DNA of 64,000 nt from the human T2T-CHM13v2.0 reference genome, Homo sapiens: the NCBI RefSeq assembly GCF_009914755.1, contig NC_060930.1. The stretch is one strand, 5' to 3'. The notes beneath the pieces were generated by a model, which was given only the letters and a program-made list of their open reading frames with translations, had not been told where the DNA came from and ran no database searches. Numbering within the stretch: position 1 is the first letter of the stretch; each line of letters starts with the position of its first letter. Positions 36,643-53,239 of this stretch are shown here, one piece after another. The position numbers and the translations under genes are program-made.

Positions 36643-36927
36643 CAGAAGACCTGGTTTCTGAACTGCTGTTAGGTCGCAGAGCTGTGCTTGAGTCTTTAGA
36701 GCCATTTTCCATGAGGGTGGACTGTGTGGCTATTGAGATGTTTCCTGTGTTCACCTCTTCTGAACCTGTCTTTTCATTCAGCCATTGTCACCTGAGGTAA
36801 TAAAAGCACAGCTCCATCCTTGTACCCAGAAAGAGCCTGGCTAGCACAGACAATGTGCTAGCCACACAAATGGATGTCAGTTTCAACCACAAAGATAGTT
36901 GCTGCCTCATCTCATAGACAACATCAT

Positions 36928-36953
36928 TAACAACAACAACAACAACAACAAAC
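36928..36953 (+). repeat. (AAC)n microsatellite
   Basis: Seen directly. Confidence 0.9.
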
Positions 36954-37964
36954 AGGAGAGTGAAAAAGAAAAGCCGTTTAGAGTTGCCTAGTGGAATTAG
37001 GGAACTAATAGGCAAAATTGCCTCTCAAACAAACTGTATATTATTTTGAGATTGTAACATAGTATAATGATTATTGCTTTGATGAATCCAGAAACTTAAG
37101 TGAATGGTAACAAGTAGTTTTGTTTCTATTCATCATTAACAAAATCAGTGGTAAATAGGTGAATTGGATTTACCTGAAAAGCTCATGTAATTGTGTTAAC
37201 CTTCACTAGGGACTAAAATCTCACATCCACCTGCTCCATTGACTTGCAATTCTTCTGTATCCCTATATATTTCTTGTAATGTGGAACCTATTTCTGTTAC
37301 TTCAGTGGAGATAGAAATAAAACAATATGTATCCTCAACAAAACTTCTGCTAAAATTGAAGATATATATCCAATCCTATTCCTTAATAGCTCGCTGGTCT
37401 TTGTTATGACCAGCCTATGGATGCATGATTACCTTTACCAGGAGTTGGCACCTAGAGTCATAAGCAGGTGACTTACCAGGGGCACTAATTGCTAGTCAAC
37501 AGAATTGTCACGAGTGTCTCAGAGGCATGTGACTTAAAAGACAGTAAACTGAAGCATCAAGAATGGACCTTGGCTGCTTTTGTCAACCAAGAACAAGAGT
37601 AAAGCAGTAAATCCTATTTTATATAGGTTATTCCTTTTGTTGTATTTTTTGAAAATAAATAAAATAATCATTTATTGAACACTTAGATGTGGCAGGCACT
37701 ATTCTAATGTTTTTACTTGAATTATTTAATCCTGTTAGATGTGTATGCTACAGATGAGACATACAAGGAGAGGTTAAGTGACATGCCTAATATGGCATGT
37801 AAAGAAATGGTAGGTTGGGAGTCAGGCTAGGCACTTTGGCTGCAGAGCCGGCACTCTGACTTGTCCTGGTGTATTGCCTCCCACAGGGAACAGCCTCTCT
37901 GTTCTGCTACCTCTTTAACCTTGAGCAAGCCTCTAAGGTTCCCAAGTCAGTTTTCTCAATTTTA

Positions 37965-38115
37965 TTTTTTTGATTTTTCTTTTTCTTTTTTTTTTTGTAG
38001 AGACAGAATTTTGCTGTGTTGCCCAGGCTAGTCTTGAACTCCTGAGCTCAAGCAACCCACCCGCTTCAGCCTCCCAAAGTGCTGGAATTATAGGCATGAG
38101 CCACCGTGCCTGGCC
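37965..38115 (-). mobile_element. Alu left monomer (FLAM_C / AluJ-left-arm-like) with A tail, fused to the 5S fragment
   Basis: Minus strand GGCCAGGCACGGTGGCTCATGCC...GCTTGAGCTCAGGAGTTCAAGAC...TCTCTACAAAA; no right arm. Confidence 0.9.
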
Positions 38116-38525
<410 letters not shown>

Positions 38526-38784
38526 AACATCACTTTTCTTACCCTTAGGTTATTTCAAGGGTCAGATGTGATCTTGTAAGTGAAAAAACATTTTAGAAAC
38601 TTTATGATATACATGTGAGATATTATGATTAAATGGTACAACCTAAAATGATTTAGTTTTCTTGAAATAGATTCAGGCTCCTTGTGTAAATATGTTAGGC
38701 TATATTATTTGAAACGGTAGGAGAGTCCCTTTGCTGATGTCAGGTGTTTCTTTGACTGGCTGCACATGGAAATGATTTGATATA

Positions 38785-38996
38785 AATGGTATGGGCTTTG
38801 GGATGTTTAAAAGTTCTCCAGGTTGATCCTTTTGTAGTTCATAAGCCTGATGATTGGATTTTCATGCTCATGTGTGCGATCTTCCTCCCTCAGCCTTGTT
38901 AATGTGTTGGCACATTACTCATCTGACGTGATAAAGATAGATTTTAAAAAGTTATCCAGGTAATTCTAATAGAGCACCAAGGTTGAGAACCACTGC
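38785..38996. mobile_element. MER5-like hAT remnant split by the U13 copy
   Basis: ...CCAGGTAATTCTAAT...GGTTGAGAACCACTG terminus. Confidence 0.6.
38826..38930 (+). pseudogene. U13 (SNORD13) snoRNA retrocopy
   Basis: ATCCTTTTGTAGTTCATAAGCCTGATGATTGG...GGCACATTACTCATCTGAC matches U13 as recalled; C box 38848-38853, D box 38923-38926; 15-bp TSD with 1 mismatch at 38809-38823 / 38947-38961. Confidence 0.9.
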
Positions 38997-39120
38997 TTTA
39001 GAAATAGGTGGTTAACTCTGTAAAATGCCAACTGGGTTTTGCATGTGCTTTTAAAAAAAAATTTTTTTATTACAAGCATGTTCTTTTAAATTGTGTTTTT
39101 TTTTGGGTCTCTTTCTCTCC

Positions 39121-39148
39121 GTCTCTGTCTCTGTCTCTGTGTGTGTGT

Positions 39149-39180
<32 letters not shown>
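39121..39180 (+). repeat. (GTCTCT)3 followed by (GT)n microsatellite
   Basis: Seen directly. Confidence 0.95.
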
Positions 39181-39181
<1 letters not shown>

Positions 39182-39397
39182 TTACACCTATTTTCTTTCC
39201 TAAGAGATTATACCAAATATTTGCTAGATTTTATTGATACTTTAAGGCATACTCAATACATAAAAGCAGTATAATTGTGAAAAGTGTGAAAATTTCCTGT
39301 ATAATTTTAAGTGTTTTACATCTCAGTTGTTTTGTAAAGAATGATTATGTAATATATTTTTGATCATTTAATAACTCATATATGTATTGTTTTTCAG

Positions 39398-39493
39398 ATT
39401 CCCAGAAAATCTAAGCTGGCAGTTCATAGGAATATCAGAGACGACGAAGGCTTCATTATCAGGCATTTTGCGGGGGCAGTGTGCTATGAAACA
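39398..39493 (+). CDS. MYO6: MYO6 exon 17 (96 nt; IPRKSKLAV...[14 protein letters not shown])
   Basis: ttcag|ATTCCC...GAAACA|gtgagt. Confidence 0.97.
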
Positions 39494-39535
39494 GTGAGTA
39501 TAACTTTTACAAGGAGAAAACCATTTCATGTTGAA

Positions 39536-39745
39536 GCTGCACTGTACAGTATGATAGCTTCTAGTCACGTGGTTATTAATTATTTCACGTGGTTATTTAA
39601 ATTAAGTAAAATTACAAGTTCAATTCCTCAGTACACTAGCCACACTTCAGGTGCCCAGTGTCCACACTGACTAGTGGTGACTGCGTTGGACAGTGCAGAT
39701 ACAGAACATTTCTGTCATCACAGAAAGTTCCTTTGGACAGAGCCA
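39536..39745. mobile_element. MER3-like hAT MITE occupying most of intron 17
   Basis: CTAGCCACACTTCAGGTGC...GGACAGTGCAGATACAGAACATTTC...AGAAAGTTC..TGGACAG. Confidence 0.7.
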
Positions 39746-39791
39746 TGTTAAGTGATGTTATCACAAGATGGACAGAAACATTCCTGTTTGA

Positions 39792-40052
<261 letters not shown>

Positions 40053-42764
40053 TAGATCACTGTCAGAAATCTCACAGTGAAGTTCAAGAGCAGACCCTGC
40101 ATTGTTGATATTTGTATGTAAAATATCATAATGTAGGCCTAGTAATTGAACATACAGAAATGCTTGTAATTTTCTGAATGTGTTCATTCTTGGTTCTTAA
40201 CATATCTGATTGCCTCTCCTAATGTTCTTGCTTCTGCATACTGTCTGGTTGACCTTCAAACCTTCTCTTTCCCATGTGTTTTCTGTTTCCTTCCTCATTC
40301 AGCGGTTTTGTTTTAGCTGGAGTAGTCCAGCTCGGGATGGCTAGAGAGGACTAGTTGAGTTGAGAGAGGAAAGCAGGCACAGCCAGGGGCTTCAGGTAAA
40401 TGATCGCCTTCATGGACTCCTATTTATAAAGTGGCTGCCATGTTAAAAAGAGCCCATCTGAAGTTAATGATTCAGTTTGTAATTCATTTTCAATGTGTTT
40501 CTCTCACAATGGCATTTTGGGTGTGCATATTACACTAAAATTTGATTAAAGCTTTTAATAACTTCTGTTAAAGATAAGCACTTAGGTGTTGCAAACTCTT
40601 CAAACTGCTTATTTAACATGGAAGAATATTTCATTTGTTTTATTAATTTTGGATCAGGAATTTATTCTTCAAGGTCTGACATGGAATGGCACAGGGTTTG
40701 TCTTAGAACACTACTAATTGGTTCTAGTTATTGAGGAGTGTAGAAAAAAAATGTTAAAATTTGTGAAGTTATGAGTTTAATGAATGACAAACTATAGTAT
40801 GTAGAACAAAAAATGTATATGAGAGAATTAATTTCTTATATATTTCTACAGAGTATTATTGTTATATTTATAATAAAACTCTACATTTGCCTTTCACTAT
40901 ATGTACTTTAAATATTTAAAATAATGTAATTAGGAAAAAGATTTAAGTGTCTGAATGTTATGGTACTGATAATATAAGCCTCCCCAAATTTATTTTGGAT
41001 TGAAATGGGCTCTAAATAACTAAATTGATAAAATATTTATAAGAGCTAGTTTTTTTTTAAGCTTAAACATAAATATAGGGAAAAACCTCATAATACATTT
41101 TTAGGTAACTGAATAAAAAGCCTTGAATTTTGTTATAAGTTATATTCATTATTATGAGTTTCTGATTCAGTGAACAATCTTTTTTTTATTTGAGTATTCT
41201 TCTATTTCTGAATCGACATTTGATAGCAGATTGGTTTAAAAATAGTATATTTGCCTATATGAAATGGATGTCATTCACTATTTTCCTACTCTAATATTAT
41301 TGTAGTATTGCTGATAAGAGCATACTTGAAATTTTAGAAAATATAAATAAAGACATTCTTACAGTTTTTCTTTGGATTACATAATCTTTTATGTTGAGCC
41401 TTGAAACTTCTTATAATTGCTTATATTTAATACAATGTATTTTTTTACATTAAGCCACTGAAAGTGATAGCTGAATGATACTAATAATAAAATATTTCAC
41501 GTTTTTCTCTGAGATACCTTGAAATGAAATAGGAATAGATTCCTAGTTTTAAATATAGTAGAATAGCTCATTAAATTAAAATTGAAGTATATAAGGCAAT
41601 AAACACAAAACAGGCTATCATTTACAGCAATACTTCAGTTATCCAGCATCCCTGGAAACCAGAAATTTTCTATTGGAAAGTGCCTTTTTCAGGTTATTGA
41701 AACATAAACCCTTTACTGTTAGTGTTTTAGAAAAAGTCATCCTTTTTGATGGAAACATAATTCTATTATAAGAATATTTGTATGTTTTCAAATAAAAATA
41801 CAAATAAAGCATGAGTTGCCGGAGGCTTTTTACTCTTAAGCCTTATGGTCCTTGGCTGTTCTTTGATAGTTGACTTTCTTCCCTCTTTTCTCAGCTGCTA
41901 AGAGTTTATTTTGATGCTTCTGTTCTTTTGACTTTATCTCCATTTTTTTTTTTTTTTTTTTTTTTTGGAGAATACTGTGCTTAGTCTGTGGATGAAGGAG
42001 TCTGGACTTTGCGACAGTTATTTTCTTTCCAAATTAGTCACTTTAATACTTTTCAGGCATGGTGGTTCAGATTGATTACGGTTGTCAGAACTCTGTCAGT
42101 GAGATAAGTGGGATACAACTGTATTTCTTTAATTCAATGACAAATCCATTCCATTTTAATAACTTAAGCTTCTCAGTATATGTGATGTATACTGTAATAG
42201 TATCACTCACAGGAGAATGAAATTTGGTGTCAGGCCGATGTTGGAATCATGACTTTGCCATTATTAGCTCCGTAACCTCGGGCAAGTTATTTATTTCCTT
42301 GGATTGTCATGTTCTATCCTTAATTAGATTAAACATAATAACTCCTGTGAAAAGCTTTGAGCAGTACCTGACTTATAGATGACATTCAGTAAACTATACT
42401 TACTAATTATAGCTATGATTAATACAATGTTAGTTTAAAAATTAACATTAGTCTTTTGTAAGTAGTTTAATAAATACCTCAGTATAAAATCCAGATAGAA
42501 AAATTTTACATAATTAACTTATTTTGCAGAGTAGTAAGGCAAATAAATGATTTTAATACACTGAACCACACCACATCATAATCAATGTTATAAAAACAAG
42601 AAAGCATAGTAACTTGTAATGTTCATTGTCAATTTTTTTTGAGAAAATTGTCCAAGCATTTAAAAATAACTGAAATGTAAAATGTTTTAAAATGTTAAAG
42701 AGGCAGGGTGCGGTGGCTCATGCCTGTAATCCTAGCACTTTGGGAGGCTGAGGCGTGTGGATCA

Positions 42765-43004
<240 letters not shown>

Positions 43005-43516
43005 TTACAGAGGATTTCTATAGCTAGGCAGGACAATTTTGTTTACACTAAGTGTTCCATAAAACAATCCTAATATATACTATTAGTGTATATTTTAAAC
43101 ATGTCTTCATTCCTAATGTGTGTGACACAAACTACAGTTTGCCACATTCAAAGACTGTGCTATTGATCTCTTATTAAATGCATCCTCACTATTTTCATTT
43201 ACTTCCTTCATTGCCTGTACATTTTTTCCTCATTCATTCCATCTGCAAATATGTGTGTATGTTTTTAATATTGCTAATTTTCAGTCTTTTAATTATACAA
43301 CTTCTGTGTAAGTTATTGTTCTTGCATTACATTAGCCATTTTGCATGATGCTGTCTGTTAAAGAATTTGTGTACCAGGAGGTTGTTAAACTGGAATGTGT
43401 TGTATTTGGATGTTATTGCATGTTATTTTATTCCAGTACTGGAGAGCTAATATTAACTCATGACACTGTGTACTTTGGCTTTTTGAAATAATAAACTGAT
43501 TTCCTTTCTTTCACAG

Positions 43517-43555
43517 ACACAGTTAAATTTGCTTCTGGATAAACTTCGAAGTACT
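43517..43555 (+). CDS. MYO6: MYO6 exon 19 (39-nt mini-exon; TQLNLLLDKLRST)
   Basis: cacag|ACACAG...AGTACT|gtgagt; phase 0-0. Confidence 0.95.
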
Positions 43556-44137
43556 GTGAGTATGCTTAAAAAGAAAACAGGTTTTTATGGGTCATCTAAA
43601 ACTATTATTAGTAATTATGCAAGTAGGCATAGTAACCCTGTACTAATTAAAAATACATTTTAAACTTTATTCTCTTATTTTAAAAAATTAGTTTTTTTTC
43701 TGAAGAAAGGTCAAATATATATGTGAAGTCAGATTATTTTATAAATATATAGAATTCTTGACTATTTAAAAATTAAGATTATCTTACAGTTTCAAGAAAG
43801 TGAAAATAAGTGGTAATAGTGGAGAATTTTTCTTAGGATTAAAGATTAGTTATGAAATTCAATCTTATTTTATTACTCTTACAGTAACATTCTCCAGACA
43901 TGGCAATGTTGATGTGGAAAAAATGGACAAAATATTTTTGTGCCCTGCTATAGAGACAAAATTTATTAGAAGCCTGTTTTTTAACTATACATTTTAGTAA
44001 TTCACCCCATTTTCTTAAATGAGAAAAACATCATAGAAAGAAATTATATGTGGTTTATATAAATGAAGCATGATTCCAAAGTAAGACTTATTTTTTACAC
44101 AAATCCACAGAACTTGAAATTTTGTTTTTGTTTTTGA

Positions 44138-44251
<114 letters not shown>

Positions 44252-44835
44252 TGAGACTACAGGCATGTACCACCACTCCTGGCTAATTTTTGTATTTTTT
44301 GTAGATATGAGGTTTCGCCATGTTTCCCAGGCTGTTCTTGAACCCCTGGGCTCAAGTGATCTGCCTGACTTGGCCTCTCAAAGTGCTGGCATTTCAGGCG
44401 TGAGCCACGGCACCTAGTTAGAACTTGCGTATTCTTTTTCAAATAGTCATTTTGAATAGCTAGACATTTATTATATCAGTATTATTGTTGCTTAACTTAC
44501 TGTTAGATTAATTTTTGGAACCATTAAAAATCTTTTTAATATCCTCTTTGGCTGCAAATATCTATCTCTTAAGGCCATGTATATTTAAAAACCAAATCTG
44601 ATGAAGAGAGTATTTTTATTTCTTAGATAGGGTGCTGCTCTAAAATTATGAGATTACTTTGTGATTTATAGAAAAAAAAGCATTTCTAAAACGTGTTCTA
44701 GAAGTGTCTGTGGGCCGGGTGCCATGGCTTATGCTTGTAATCCCCAGCACTTTGGGAAGGCTGAGGCAGGTGGATCACCTGAGGTCAGGAGTTTGAGACC
44801 AGCCTGCCCAATATGGTGAAACCTCGTCTCTGCTA

Positions 44836-45135
<300 letters not shown>

Positions 45136-45617
45136 TCAACAATACGTTTCATTGTATACATAATCAGTATTCTTTCTACCTCATTCAGCATAATCTGATA
45201 ATTGATTCCAAATGAATGCCTTTAAGCTTTAAAAAATATTGTTTGACAAACAAATGTTAAAATGTACAACAGTGCAGCTTAGGGACCTACTGTATGTTTT
45301 TGAAATAGAATGATTGAAAATATTGTTTTGTTTTCTTTTACACTTTGGCCTAAGTCTTAAGGGGCATAATTTTATTTACTCCTTTTGTCATAGGGAAATT
45401 TCCTTATCATAGAAATATGGCATACATAAATACATTTAAATATAGAAAAAAATCACATGTACATCAGCCTGCAAAGTGTGTTGTTTAAATATGTTAAACA
45501 ATTAAATGTGTTAAACTTTACAGTGAAAGACTTCTCTTTTTACAGTTTTTGACATTCAAATCTAAAATGTAGTATTTTTGTAATATTATTAATTAGTAAT
45601 TCAAAAAGTCATTGTAA

Positions 45618-45924
<307 letters not shown>

Positions 45925-46077
45925 TGAGCCACTGCTCCCAGCCTTGAGTTCTTTAGTAATTACTTTTACAGGTTCATATGTTAATGTTAATATGCTTTGA
46001 AAGTTGCAGGTATTCATAGAAACAGAAAACTAAGAATGCTATATGTATTGTAACAAAAAGTACCTTTATTTTCCTAG

Positions 46078-46200
<123 letters not shown>

Positions 46201-46949
46201 TAGTAGTCATAGCTCAAATACAATTTAATAGGTTCAGTATTTTCAAATAATTCACCATTATCTTGATTATTTTACAGTGCAATAAAATTTTCATCTTATA
46301 TTTTCTTTAATTATAAGAAAAGTATAGAGCCACATGTGGTGGTGTACACCTGTAGTCCCAGCTACTTGGGTGGCTGAGGCAAGAGGACTGTTTCAGCCTG
46401 AGTTCAAAGTCAGCCTGGGCAACATAGCAAGATCTGTTTTAGAAAAGAAAAGAAAAGAAAAGCATAGATGGCAAATTATTTGAGCAATATTGAGATGTTG
46501 TTTATTGTGAAATAAACAATTTCACATTAAACATTTATGAAAACTCTCTAACAGCAAAACTGGATCTTCCTTAAGTGGGCAGCTTTCTCAATCCAGCAGT
46601 AGTTCATTTCTCATTCCACACATGATGGTCAGAAGGTAGGTTTTGTTGTCCTTTCTTCCCACTCCACGACTTGTAAAGAAAATGAAACACGATTCCCTCT
46701 GCATCTGTGACACTTCATCCATTTGCTTAAACTATCACTTCCTACCCCTCACCCTGCCATGTCTGACCTTGCTCAGGCACCAGGCTTGCTCTGTTTGCTT
46801 TATGCCTTGCCCATCCTCCCTTCTCACCAACACTACCCCTAATTTTTCCCAAGGTATCAGCCTTCTCCTTTCTTGTTTACCTTTTGATCCAACTCAGCTT
46901 CCTGACACTTCCTTAAACTTTCTTCTCTGACTCCTTATTTTGCTCTTTT

Positions 46950-47111
46950 GAGAGGTAGATTTACTATGAAGCTAAGATTACTTAAGCTTCAGGGTCCTTC
47001 ATTTAAATAAACCCCTTCCAAAGCCCTGCATGTAATTTTCTGCTTCGCTAAAGGCCTCTCCCCAACTATATAAGCTTCAGCCCCCGCCTCACAAATCTAG
47101 ATCTACCCTTG
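46950..47111. mobile_element. Small hAT-type MITE (Arthur1/MER69-like, tentative)
   Basis: Terminal inverted repeats AGAGGTAGAT...ATCTACCCT; internal AAGCTTCAG repeated. Confidence 0.5.
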
Positions 47112-47999
47112 ACCTCTCTCACAAAACCATAGCTATTGAGAAATCTAATTCTGTTCTTTCTTATTGTCTGCACAGGGTTGGTAGACAAGACAGGATGGCA
47201 CCAGTTAAATTCATCGTCATTATCTTTAAAGGGCTCTCAAACCTGTCCTGCCAAGTTTTCCTGGTCAGCATGTTCTGTTTCTCATCAGAGACTGGTCAGA
47301 CCCATCCTGCTTTCCTCAAATCTCTGCGCCTCTGCTGTCAGATGGGCTTACCTCCTTAACTAAATATCCTAAAGCTTCTCTTGTCTGCTATCAAGCACTT
47401 CTGCCTACCACTTAACCTTCCCTCCTGTTGAGAAAGTAGGGGTTGCCTCTCTGCCTGGTTGAGGCTTATAGTTCTTTGAAAGCCATCTCTTCCTAGTTTT
47501 TCATGGATCTTCAGCATTGTTTATGTTTGTCATACTATTCCCTTTCAGATGGATCTTTCCCATTACCATTTAAACATGCTGAAATCTCATCTCTAAGCCA
47601 CATTTCTCTTACAGCTACCTCTTCCTCCTTATTTTTCTCCAGTTCCTTTTCTCTCCAAGAATAGGTTATTGTTGCTTTTTCAGTTTCATGCATTCTACTT
47701 ACTCTTTAACTCCAGGATAATTTAGCTCCCACCTTGATGAGGTCACCAGTGATTGCCTTGTTCTGAAGCAAATGTCCCTTTTGCAGTCCTTATTTTAGTG
47801 GACTTCATAGCCACATTTGACTCTGGCCAACCCTTTTAACATATCCTTTTCTTGGTTCCTGACATGGCGTATGCCCCTGCTTTTCTTTTGAATTCTCTGA
47901 CCATTCCTGATTCCCCTGCAGGCTCATTTTCTTCTACCTGGACATTTGTTATCATTTTTCAGGATTTAAGTTAGGCCTCTTTTTCTTCTCATTCTATGT

Positions 48000-48555
<556 letters not shown>

Positions 48556-49851
48556 TATGTATTCCCTTAGGTAGGCTCCCCAGTTCTGCTATTGTAACCT
48601 TCTAAATAGTGAGTCCTGATAGTCTCTAATCCAAGCTGTCACCATCTCTTACCTGGATTTTTGCTGTAGCTTCCTAAGTATTCTCCTATCTCTTCAGTCT
48701 GTTTTTCACATGCATCCAGAATTATCACTCCACAACTCATCTCTAATCATCATGTCCTTTTACTGCTTAAAATGCTCTAATGGCTTCAGATGAGTATTAG
48801 GGTGAAGAGGTCCCATAGAGCCTGGCCCGTGTGTCCCTAGCTTCATTTGTTTACACTCTCTCCCTCCCTTCTCTCCTTCAGTCACCCTGACTTTCATTTT
48901 CATTCCCTAAATGCTGCATATTTCCTCCCAGCACAGGACCTGTGCACATGCTGCCTCCTCTGTTTGGGATGTTCTTGCTATACTTTTTCCTTTATCTTTC
49001 ACATCTCAGCTCTGTCATCACTTCATATGAAAGCTTTTCTTGATATTCCTGACATGGAGGGGAGCCTGAATTTGGGGTGCTGAGCTCAAGTGCCTTTATT
49101 TCACAGTTGTAGTTACAAATTTTATACATATTTGTATAATTATTTTATTTTTCCCTCCTTTATTCCATAAGCCCCATGAGGGTGGGAACTGCATCTGTTT
49201 TGGCTTACACAGACATTCCTATTTCCCTGGCATATACTAGACTCAGTAAATATTTGTTGAATGGAATGAACAGTGTAGAAAATATGAAGATTTATTTGTG
49301 ACTAATGCTAACAAATACTGGAAAATTAAGTAATTCATGTCTGTTGTATTATTCCATAAAGTAGAGATGTATTTTTGTAATATTCAAGTCCATTTTTTTC
49401 CCCATTGGAATTCCTCTTTATTTCCTAAGTGAACACCTAGTGTCCTGGCAAGTTGCACCTGTTTAGATTTAGCTATATATGCTATCAGATTAGTGGAGAG
49501 GGTATAGGCTACTGATGAATGCTTTAGCTAGGATTCCTCTTTCAATAAGCAGTATATTTCAACATCTTAAGACATGTTGGCACTTTAACAGATAATACCA
49601 ATTCATTATACTTTGATTTTTTTAAGTATCAATAATAGATATCATAATAGTAATAATGATAATGATATAGAATTTGTTCCAGTCATGTAGCTAGGTGATG
49701 AGAAAATGCAAAAATCCATAAGTTGTAGAAATAAAAATATTTACGAAGCTTTCTAAAATAAAGATATTTAAGATTTGAATTGTACTTTAACTTTCCATTT
49801 TCATTTTAAAGAGAATTAATAAATTTAAGTCACCTTTTACTAAAATTACTA

Positions 49852-50437
<586 letters not shown>

Positions 50438-52111
50438 TAAAATTACTATCTTCTGATTGGCAAATACCAGGGCAAAGTAGGGGAAGGTGAAAGAAGGCAA
50501 GTTTTCTTCTTCTGTAACCTTGGGGCTGTGCTGCCTGTCTTGTAGCAAAGAGGGGTGCCAGCTCTGCACCGAGAAGCCACTCATCAAACTCCAAGAGTAA
50601 AAGCCAGTTCATGGAAATGTTTAGAAGGCAGAGTATTTGCCTTAGTGGTTAAAAAAAAAATTTAAGCTTCAAAACATCTTAAGAGTAAACTAGCTGCAAG
50701 TGCTGAGAAAGCAGTTGTAGGCTTGGTAATTTGTTAAGCACCATGAAATTCTTAATGAACTGTGAGCCAGTTTATAGTTTGCAGCTACAGGGCAAGCCAG
50801 GAGACTTAGATGCATACATTTCCAAAGGTACTTGTTTATTTGATACAAGTGGGCAAAAACTGTGATGATACTAACCAAACTTTACTTTTCTTTCTCCAAG
50901 CAAAGCCTAGAGCTAAATCTAGTTCTGGAGATTTTTTTTCCCCATACGAATGATTTCTTTAATGTGTTTCATTAATTAATATTGAAAATTCACAGTAACA
51001 GAAATTAAATAGTACAGAATAATATAAGTAACAAGAAATCTCAGCTCTTAGGGGTGACCACTTAACTCTACGTCTTGGATATATTTTTTATGCTGGTTAG
51101 ATTAAGCTCTGCTTTATTTTAAATATGTCATATCCCATCATATGGTTGTAACATAATCAATTGAGATTTTAGTTTTTTTCTGGTTTTTTTTCTATTACCA
51201 ACAGTGACCCAGAGGACATCTGGACATTGTCCACATGCATATCTTTGCCCACAAGTGTGAAAAATCATAGAATAGATTTACCGAGCCAAAGGGATATTTC
51301 CAAATTGCCATCCAAAATTGTTACACTGGCTTACTTTTCTACTAAGAATGCATCTGTGTGTTTTCCTACACTGTCATCAGCTCTGAGTACTAGTTGTTAT
51401 CTTATACCTTTGCCAGTCAAATGGGTTAAAATTCAATCTGACTGTCTGTAAAGGCCATCTTTCCTGTGAGATTACTTTAAAATAAAAATTCACTGGTTTA
51501 AAAAGTCTTAGAGTTTGTTTTAATTTAAATTTTTGGCTAGCAGGAATTTATTTTGGTGTAAGAAGTGAGACAAGGATCTAGTGTTGTTTTTGTTTTCCAA
51601 ATGGCTTGCCGTTTGTCATAATACTATTTATTGAATAATCTTACTTTCTCCGTTGATTTGAATAGTCCCAGAGACTGAAATCTAGGTCTTGTAAATAAAA
51701 GTCCTGGCATCATTTATAGCTCAGCCTTTCCCTGCCTATCTCACACTTTTTCTGACCTGAAAAGCTCACATTGACTCAAGACTCAGATTAACCACTTACT
51801 AGAGTTATACTGAAAATAGATATTTATCCAATAGACTAATCATCCCAGTAGTCTAGTTGCTTTGAGAAGTGAGTGAAAGGCAGTCTTTATAGTGAAACAG
51901 TGAGCTCTTCTTTCTTTTCCATTTGCCTTATGCATTGATGATAACTTGGGAATGTATCTACTTTTTGGAGTTTCTTTCAGGAATTTTGTTCTAAAATTCA
52001 CCTCAGGCCTTTGAAAGTGGTTTAATGCAGGGCTTTGCCTTATATACTGTGTTTGTGACACAGAGTCTTCTAACAGAAAAAAAGATACAAACTAGACTTG
52101 ATCTTTCCTTA

Positions 52112-52422
52112 GTTTTGTTTTGTTTTGTTTTGATACAGTGTCTCACTTTGTCACCCAGGCTGGAATACAGTGTCCTGCAAGGCTCACTGCAGCCTCCACC
52201 TCCTTTGGCTCAGATGATCCTCCTGTCTCAGCCCCCTGAGTAGCTGAGACTGCAGGCATGCACTAGCATGCCTGGCTGATTTCTCTATTTTTTTTTTTTT
52301 TTTTGTAGAGATGGGGTTTTGCCATGTTGCCCAGGCTGGTCTTGAACTCCTAGGCTCAAGCAGTTTGCCTGGCGTGGCCTCCCAAAGTACTGGGATTATA
52401 GGCATGAGCCACTGCACCCAGT
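52112..52422 (-). mobile_element. Alu (J-like)
   Basis: Antisense dimer; flanks TAGACTTGATCT. Confidence 0.88.
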
Positions 52423-52598
52423 TAGACTTGATCTGTCTAGAGACCAATAATTTGCCTCTAGAAAAGAGTCTTATTGGGTTTACAGGAAATTTGACTATAG
52501 TAGTTTTAGGTGGTGGATAAGTTGGGACATAATGAGCATAAATATTTTCCTATATAATATTTAGTTGCTGATAATTCTCATAAATTGCCCGTTTCTAA

Positions 52599-52820
<222 letters not shown>

Positions 52821-52876
52821 TAAATGCCACCCAAATTGAAATTTCTTAGCTATGAACTTGTCTTTTCTATTAATAA

Positions 52877-53008
<132 letters not shown>

Positions 53009-53239
53009 TAAACTGTAACATCATGAAAACAAATAGTTGGGGTTAGTGAATATCTTAAAGTATTTAATAATTTGTATTATTCTTGAATTATATGGTCACT
53101 AACAACATGAATTGCTATTTTCCATACCATTTCTCAGAAAAGAAAAAAAAGTTGAGAGGAAGATAATTATATATAATGTTCATAATTTGTTTAGCTTTAC
53201 TCATACATATTTATTCTAAACTCCCCATTTATTTTAGAG

